41,905 nt of DNA, taken from Octopus bimaculoides. Lineage: Eukaryota. The notes under the pieces are model-generated. The model made no database searches and had not been told where the DNA came from. It was given only the letters and a program-made list of their open reading frames with translations. The stretch covers positions 76,388,560 to 76,430,464 of the forward strand of contig NC_068985.1 of assembly GCF_001194135.2 (NCBI RefSeq). The letters are read 5' to 3'. How positions within the stretch are numbered: the stretch's first letter is position 1; the number at the start of each line of letters is the position of its first letter. Positions 34,757-41,905 of the stretch are shown one piece after another. A program made the position numbers and the translations under genes.

Positions 34757-36040
34757 TCAGGTTATCCCATAAGTTCTGTCTGAATTTTGAATAAAGAAAA
34801 CAAGTGATCAAATGTTATATTTAATTGAAATTTAATCATCAATGTACCTTCCCTGATTATCTATGACTTCCTTCTATCTATTTACAAGCTTTTTTAATCC
34901 CATCAACATAAAACTTTATTGGTTTCAAAGCGAAGAACTCTGAAATGTCAGTTTTGGCCTCCTCCTGGCTTGCGAAAGTTATGTCCCCCGAATGATTCTG
35001 TAAACTACGAAACAAATGGTAGTCTGAAGGAGCAAGGTTGGGAGAATAAGGTGGATGAGGAATTTTTTCCCAATGAAGCTCTTCGATCTTCTGTGATGTG
35101 ATCTTTGCAGTGTGGGGTCGTGCATTGTCCTGATGAAACATCTCTCCTTTTCAATTCACTAAAGCAGGTCTTTTTTTCTTCAAAGCTTGGTTCAAACGCT
35201 CTAATTGCTGACAGTAGACTTGAACATTGATTATTGCATTAGGTGGTAACAATTTAAAGTGAATTACTCCTTTGCAATCCCACCAGATAGAGAGAAGAAC
35301 CTTTTTCCCATGAAGTTACCTTCTCGGTTGTGGTTGAGCCTTTTCCTTTTACCAAGCTACTGTTTACGATGTTTAACATTTCCATAAAAGATCCATTTTT
35401 GGTCACCAGTCACAAGTCTACCAAAGAGGGTGAAATGAGTTTGTGAGAATGGAGAAAAGAGCAGATGTCAACTCAGGATTTGCGGTTGCTTTCGGACAAT
35501 TCATGAGGCACACATTTTCCAAGTTTAGGAACCTTTCCAAGTTGTTGAAGATGACAATGAATAGTTGTATGGTTTGAACTAAGCTTTATTGCCAATTCTT
35601 CAACTGATAATGCAGGATTTTCTTCAAGTAATGCCTTAAGGAGCTTATCCTCAAATTCAACTGGACGTCCTGTTCGATCTTCATCTCCAAGGCTGAAATC
35701 TCCACTTCTGAATTTTGCAAACCATCTTCTGCAAGTTCTTTCATTCAAGCATTCTGTCCCATAAACTGAGTGTGTTTTGAGTCACTTCAGCTGCAGAGTT
35801 TCCTTTTTTGTTCTCATAAAGCATTATGTGCCTCAAATGCTCTTTGGATACTTCCATGTTAGAAAGGGTTTTAATCAAAGAAATTTTAATTCTATTATTC
35901 TGTAAAACAATATTTAATAGGTTAAATGTACACAAATGCATAAAAATAATTTTTAATTCCATTAGACATTCTAAAATACTATTAAATTTCATTCAATTTC
36001 AAAAAGGGTAAAATCGGACAGAACTTATGAGATGACCTGA
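34757..36040 (-). mobile_element. Full-length (about 1.28 kb) decayed mariner DNA transposon
   Basis: Imperfect TIRs tcaggttatcccataagttctgtc / gacagaacttatgagatgacctga, TA on both flanks (34755-56, 36041-42), and an internal transposase pseudogene. Confidence 0.95.
34832..35857 (-). pseudogene. Mariner transposase pseudogene (several frameshifts and stops)
   Basis: Fragments MEVSKEHLRHIMLYE, RTCRRWFAKFRSGDFSLGDEDRTGRP, GKCVPHELS (cf. WVPHEL), VTGDQKWI, HQDNARPHTA and HPPYSPNLAPSDYHLF (cf. YSPDLAPSD). Confidence 0.95.
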
Positions 36041-36213
36041 TATTAGGTCAAAGTTAAATCAAATTTGAAGTTTACTTCATATACTGGTTTAATGGCCTAT
36101 TAACTCAAAGCAAGATGTTATCAACATATATAAACTTTATAGAAATAGCTGTTGAGTCTCTTTCTCTGAAAGAAGTAACTCAGCTAATAAAAATAACAGT
36201 TAAATCTTTCCCA

Positions 36214-36251
<38 letters not shown>

Positions 36252-37329
36252 TCTCAGACATCTTAAAAATAAAGGAAATATGTATTTGGTAATGCTCTCC
36301 TCAGTACAGTGTCTTCAGATAAAAGGACCAAAGGCAAAGTTGACTTAGGCAGGAGTTGAACTAGGTTCTCAAAGTGTTGGTGTAAAAGACTGTAAAGCTA
36401 CGACAGTCATAACTGGAAAGGGCTGGTCAAATGTTAGCATGATCAAAGATGAGCTGGAGCTAAAACAAAAATACATATTGCAGTTGATCCAAGTGAGCCT
36501 CTATATAATCACTCCAGCAACTAGAAATATCAGCTAAATCTCTTTATCTTTACCAAATTGCACATTATATCTTAAATCAGGAAGGACACAATAACTAATA
36601 AAGCTATATTTGAAAAAAAAAAGACACGATTAGGAAGGTGACAGGGTCATCAAGGAGCAACAACAAACAACAACACCATCAGTAACACTAAACAACAACA
36701 ATATTTTAATCAATGATCAAACAAGTAGAAACATTTGCTTGTTTTTCTTGAAGACATTCACACACAAAAGTGTCTGTTTGTGTGGATGGGTGAAAAATAG
36801 CATTAGGGGTAACAAGATTTCAATAGGGCAATCACTGGTTCACTGTATTTATGACAGTGAGGGTAACAAGGGAACATACAGTCACTTGTCTAAGGTGATA
36901 CCCAGAGGGATTGAACTCAGAATTACGAATTTGTGGAGTGAAATGCTTAATAACATAGCCATTACTTGTGGCCAAAGATTATGCTAATAATTTGTAAATT
37001 CACAATTGTTAATAGTATTGTAGTAATGCTTTGACAGGGAAGCCACTGGAGAATGGAATTGTGATGTCATACATACTGAATGCTAAGTAAACATTCTGAA
37101 AAGCAAGGTGCAAGAAGGTGATAAATATATAGACCAAAGGTGGTAGTTGATAATTTAGAGGCTTGTAATATTCCTTTGGAGAAATCGCATTTTTAATGCA
37201 TGTGGTTGTGTGGCAAGAAGCTTGCATGTGCAAACCAGAGTGGTTATTGTAACCATAATGACAACACAGCTAAATTTAGCACTGTTGTGGATTAAGTCTA
37301 CAAAAAGATATTAGCAGTGCAGCCTGAAG

Positions 37330-38830
37330 GTAGGGGAAATTTTGTTTTGGGGGCACAGTGGGGGTGAATTACTCGTATTTTATTGTTATTTTTCACTAGT
37401 AAGGTATCTCCACTGGTCGTGAGGCAATTTTGTTTGCCTTTGGTTGCGTTGATTTTGTAGAAAAACTCTTAGGGGGTTTATCCCACAACGCAAGAACTTT
37501 TTCTATTGAAAATTTTTTTTCCTGAAGACTAATGTAACTGGCTTTTTGTTTCTGTTCAAGGACATTTAAGCACTGCTTGCTGTTAACTATATGGCGAACA
37601 CCAGGTTTTGTGAATAAAATTATTTGGATATCGTGAAGTACCTATTTGAGATTACCCAGGCCTGGCCAGGAGTTCGAATAGGCCAGAGGACAGTGGACAT
37701 TTAACTGTGCATTATTTCCTTTTTTTGAAACTGTTTTTTTTCCTTTTCTCCTTTTTTTGTTTTAATTTTTCTTCTACAGTTAACTGTGAAAATGGAAAAA
37801 ATAAATAATAGCATTACTTTGGAGTGGGAGATCAACCCACCCAAAGAATGGATGAAAGATTTGGAGGAGAGGACGGTGGTTCTGAGGACCTATTCAGGGT
37901 CCTTGGACATCATTGTCCCCTTTTCCAGACCAGAGATAGAAGAAGAGCTGGCGGAATATATGCTGATGATAAGGCATATTGCCAGGGGTCCCAAATATGC
38001 AACTGTATGGTTGCTGTTCGAAACCCTGGAGATGTCATGTAAGTTCGCCAGTCAGCCCCTGGAAGGAGAAAAGATTTTGTTTCTCTCCTCATATTGTGGG
38101 AGAAAATGCAAGCATGTGTGGGTGTGTGGGTTGCCACCAGGGGTTAAGCCCGAGTGGATAGCAGAAACTATCCATAAATAATGTCGAGATGGAAGTGGGG
38201 TTAAGCGCCCGGGTAAACCGGAGGACTCCTCCCCTCAAACCGGAAAAAAGAAAAAGAAAAAAAGGAAAAAAATGGCGTGCTAACAGTTGAGCTGCTGACG
38301 GACGTTGAACCATTGTTGGTGGGAATTGTGCCACCGATGGCGGAAGTGGTTACCTCATCTCCAGAGGAAGAGGAATTATTGGTCTTCTACAGAGGCGGAG
38401 AGGTGGAGGAGGTGTTAGAAAAGCACCAGAAGGGAGTAACTTTAACCTGCACACGTGATCCCGAATGTCCTCCGCAGATAGCTGTGGAGGTCATAATGTC
38501 CGTGTTGCATAGGTTGAAGGCTTAATGAGGAATATCACTTGTGGCATGGCGATGCCGACACATCAACCGCCTTGTGCTTAAATGAGGTGTGGGCAATGGC
38601 GGAAGATGTGGTCACAAGCGATGCTGGGGTGGAATATGGATAAAAAGTTGAAAAGCCTCAATGTTATGAATTGAGGAGGGGTTTGAAACCTTATTTTGTT
38701 TAAACAAAGTAAGAGGTGTAAGGCCTCCTTTTTGCATCAGTGAACATTACGAACAATGTAAGAGGCTTGTTGCCTCATATATAAGACAACAATGTTTTCG
38801 GGGATCAGACAGTCAGTGGGCACTGCTTGT
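37330..38830 (+). mobile_element. GC-richer non-LTR retrotransposon relic (ORF1-like, possibly Tx1/L1 clade), internally deleted
   Basis: Abrupt rise in GC/CpG content. Track ORF 37786..38181 ends in an RRM-like KHVWVCGLPPGVKPEWIAETI. The frame continues after one stop into a Lys-rich tract, then after an A-run frameshift into ORF 38277..38525. Boundaries are approximate. Confidence 0.5.
37786..38525 (+). pseudogene. Broken LINE ORF1-like reading frame
   Basis: 131 aa, a TAA at 38179, then CRDGSGVKRPGKPEDSSPQTGKKKKKKRKK in frame, then a -1 shift in the A-run into NGVLTVELLTDVEP...LHRLKA*. Confidence 0.5.
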
Positions 38831-38946
38831 TCCCTCCATTTATTCATTAATCATCATTTTTTTCATTCACATAACATTATGTCTATGTCCAGCCCGCAGC
38901 TTCCTTTTTCTGTATGAGGCCTTTATGGCCAATCTTGATGAAATAA

Positions 38947-39150
38947 AGAAGCTTGCTTCCTAACCATATGGTTTTCAGTTCAGTCCCACTGTGTGGCACA
39001 TTGGGCAAGCGTTTTCTACTACAGCTTCGAGCTGATCAAAGCCTTGTGGATGGATTTAGTAGTTAGAAATTGAAAGAAGCCTGTCACATATATATATATA
39101 TATGTATATGTGTGTGTTTATGTGTGTGTTTTTGTGTGTGTGTGTGTGTG
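38947..39150 (+). mobile_element. SINE family A head/core plus microsatellite
   Basis: aagcttgcttcctaacc...cccactgtgtggcacattgggcaag...gaaagaagcc followed by TA/TG repeats. Confidence 0.8.
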
Positions 39151-39869
39151 TAGACAAATGAAGTTTGTTAGACCTATATAGTTAATGTTCTGCTTAAACT
39201 GCAAGTCAATGATTGAAATAACAGTGAGATGACCTTAGTCTTAGGTGCATGCCAAACACTTTTAAAGGAGTGAATAACTGGTAAGTGATTCAAAGGGTTT
39301 GTTGAGTTACAGTTTTTAGTGATCCCAACAATAAGGCATGACAGAGAACCTTTGATGAGTGCAGAGAATAAGCTTTGAAGACAAGACATCATATTCATGT
39401 TTGTCTTTCATTGTTGAAAATATCCAAGACATTGAATTGGCTTGCATGTCTAGTCTGGTGGATCCAGAAGTGGCTTATGAAATGTTTTTGAACCAAGAGT
39501 CTTCTACCTGTAGGTCATGGATGGAAAAGTGCAGCATTTTTGGGCATTGATAGCTCAAGCTTTGAAGAGTGAACACTTCTCAACAACAGCAGTTTATTTT
39601 GCTTTCAGCTGTTTTGGACACCACTGTCAATCAGATGGTACCAGTTAGATTGGTTTTAGGCTAGTAACTCCTATGAGTCAATTACAATTTTGAGGCCTTT
39701 TAAAGGTGTTTGTAAGTAGTATACTTTTGAGCACCCTCAGAAAAGTGATATCATATTAATGGAAGTAGAAGAAGAGAGGAGGGTGTGAATGATAACATCT
39801 TCAGAAATTTCAAGATTGAATATTACATCAGAATGACAGTACTTTAACATATGTGGGTAGGTGTCATCA

Positions 39870-39904
39870 GAATATGGTCCTAATCAAAACATATACATAC
39901 CAAA

Positions 39905-39935
<31 letters not shown>

Positions 39936-39944
39936 CATACACAG

Positions 39945-39991
<47 letters not shown>

Positions 39992-40050
39992 TATATATAT
40001 ATACATACACACACACACACACACACACATACATATACATGTACATATAT
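39870..40050. repeat. Compound CA/TA microsatellite
   Basis: Directly visible. Confidence 0.95.
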
Positions 40051-40074
40051 ACTATCCTAACTGTAGAAATAATA

Positions 40075-40215
40075 CATCCATCTTTACATTCTGAGTTCAA
40101 ATTCTACCAATATTGACTTAGCCTTTCATCATTTTGGGGTCAATAAAATAAGTACCAGTTGAGCACTGGGGTCGATCTATGTGACCTATTCCTTCCCTAT
40201 AATTTCTGGTCTTCC
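40075..40215 (+). mobile_element. SINE family B, 5'-truncated
   Basis: ctgagttcaaattc...gcctttcatcattttggggtcaataaaataagtaccagttgagcactggggtcgat. Confidence 0.8.
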
Positions 40216-40229
40216 ACACCAACACTACA

Positions 40230-40510
40230 ACCATTAACTTACATGTATGATCTTCTTTTTACCTCTTCCAGCACTACAACAACAACAACATACATTGCTC
40301 TGATCAGAGCAAACTGCATATCCCTGGCAACCAAACTCATATGAAGCATCATTTTCTCCTCCTCTTGTCAACCTACAGAATCTTATGCTAAATACTCAGT
40401 TCACAAATCTCTCTGGAATTCTCTCTGTGCCTACATCACTACTGCAAACCCCAACCTACAGAAGTTCATCAACTGCACATCAACATCAACAACTTCATAA
40501 ATCACTGTAG
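40230..40510 (+). mobile_element. Decayed CR1/L2-type LINE 3' end
   Basis: The plus strand reads SLWNSLCAYITTANPNLQKFIN, matching the LWNSLP...NLQ.FK..IN C-terminal motif of CR1/L2-group ORF2. Confidence 0.45.
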
Positions 40511-40964
40511 AAACTTGCAAAAACCATGGGTGTTGCTGTTCTTCTCCTGACTAATTTAAAACATATGAATAAATATGAACAAACATGTGTTTGAAAAATC
40601 TGTATAATTCATATTTATGTACACATTTTTCCAACCTAAATTTTATATTATTTTATAAAAATACAAACTATCATTATCTTTATTATTTTCTTCTTTTATT
40701 TTGTAAATTTTGTGGTTGTCATTTTGTGGTTGCTACTTCCAGCAATTAAATTGTCTGTTTACCCAGGTTAGTTGTGACCAGCCTGACAGCCAAATCATCT
40801 TTACAAAAACAGAACTGTCGAAAGATATATATGGTCACATTTATAAATATTCAACAAATGGGAAATGAGTCACAGATAGAGCCTCCATGCAGGCACTTTA
40901 TAGGCTAGAAATAGCAGTAAACTTTCACTTGAGTCAGATCCTACCATTTTCAAAAGACACATTC

Positions 40965-40973
40965 TCTCTCTCT

Positions 40974-41026
<53 letters not shown>

Positions 41027-41041
41027 ATACACACACACACA
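40965..41041. repeat. (CT)(CA)n microsatellite
   Basis: Directly visible. Confidence 0.95.
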
Positions 41042-41424
41042 CTGGATCACTTTTTTCTAACACTTCATCAGGGAGAAAAGAAAAATGTCTGTGACCCATT
41101 GTTGTTTCTTGGCCTCTGAAACTGGTGGAAGAAAAGAAGGAAACTGGAAACTTGGTTTGAATGCTTGCAATGCACTGAGCTTTGTTAAACGTACCTAAAG
41201 GCTCAGTAGTGATATTAGAAAAAGAGATGGTTTAAGTCTACCATCTATATTAGATTGCTACCCATAGCAGTCCTAGATACACTATGCTGAGAAAGAAGAG
41301 AAGTTGGGCTGGTCATTGCCGGAAAGCCTTTCACTATAAGACTGTTCAGCTACAGCTGCTCTGGGTCTAATCAACAATACCAACAATATTGATAAAATTT
41401 TGCTTTTGGTCAAGATGATTTATT

Positions 41425-41578
41425 TATCATCATCATTTAATGTCCATTTTCCATGCTGGCATGAGTCAGATGGCTTCACAGGAACTGGTAAACTACACTA
41501 GGCTTCAGTCTTCTGTTTTGGCTTGGTTTCTATGGCTGGATGCCCTTCATAACACCAACCACTTTACAAAGTGTACTT
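41425..41578 (-). mobile_element. Family C, old copy
   Basis: (CAT)n-ttaatgtccattttccatgctggcatg...ggctggatgcccttcataacaccaaccac. Confidence 0.8.
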
Positions 41579-41760
41579 CGTTCAAATTGTATTTAAAACA
41601 ATGATAATCTAAAACAATGATAATTTATGTAAGCTGGTTTTTGTATATAATATACAGGTTAGCATATATTATAATGGATGAAGGGATGATTATTGAATGT
41701 TTATTATTTTGATATTTTGATATTTTTAATAATTTTTCTATCTTTATAAAATAAGTATTT

Positions 41761-41877
41761 CATCATCGTTTAACGTCTGCTTTCCATGCTAGCATGGGTT
41801 GGACGATTTGACTGAGGACTGGTGAAACCGGATGGCAACACCAGGCTCCAATCTAATTTGGCAGAGTTTCTACAGCC
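41761..41877 (-). mobile_element. Family C, young truncated copy joined to an inverted tail
   Basis: About 3 differences over about 112 bp from 28444. It switches strand after tttctacagc. Confidence 0.9.
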
Positions 41878-41905
41878 GGTCGAACTATCCAACCCATGCT
41901 AGCAT

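Noticed and set aside
39160-39560. 63-74 aa ORFs on both strands
   Set aside because: No splice support. At best a very decayed CR1-like fragment; I cannot call it.
40763-40814. 52-nt minus-strand candidate exon (FCFCKDDLAVRLVTTNL)
   Set aside because: It overlaps a remnant of the dispersed repeat family, the donor is only moderate, and it is short enough to occur by chance.

Overview
AT-rich, microsatellite- and SINE-dense eukaryotic DNA with four N gaps. The repeat families look like those of an octopus (coleoid cephalopod) genome; this is inferred from recognising the repeats, not from a search. Almost all ORFs in the supplied track are microsatellite or repeat artefacts. Reading splice signals by hand on the minus strand recovers four phase-compatible exons of the 3' end of an unidentified single-pass (type I) membrane-protein gene: a TM exon at 34068-34202, a 61-nt exon at 31364-31424, and two candidate alternative coding ends at 22629-22779 (ending ...ATSL*, a PDZ-type motif) and 18088-18289 (ending ...DSDEEDMR*). 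The track misses three of these entirely and shows the fourth only as an ORF with an intronic start. Mobile elements include a full-length decayed mariner (34757-36040), a mariner fold-back MITE, TTAA-flanked piggyBac-like MITEs, RTE and CR1/L2-type LINE remnants, a GC-richer LINE-like ORF1 relic (37.3-38.8 kb) and at least five SINE-like families showing tail swapping, nesting and tandem duplication. The window is also rich in fold-back/hairpin DNA at scales from about 30 bp to about 1 kb.
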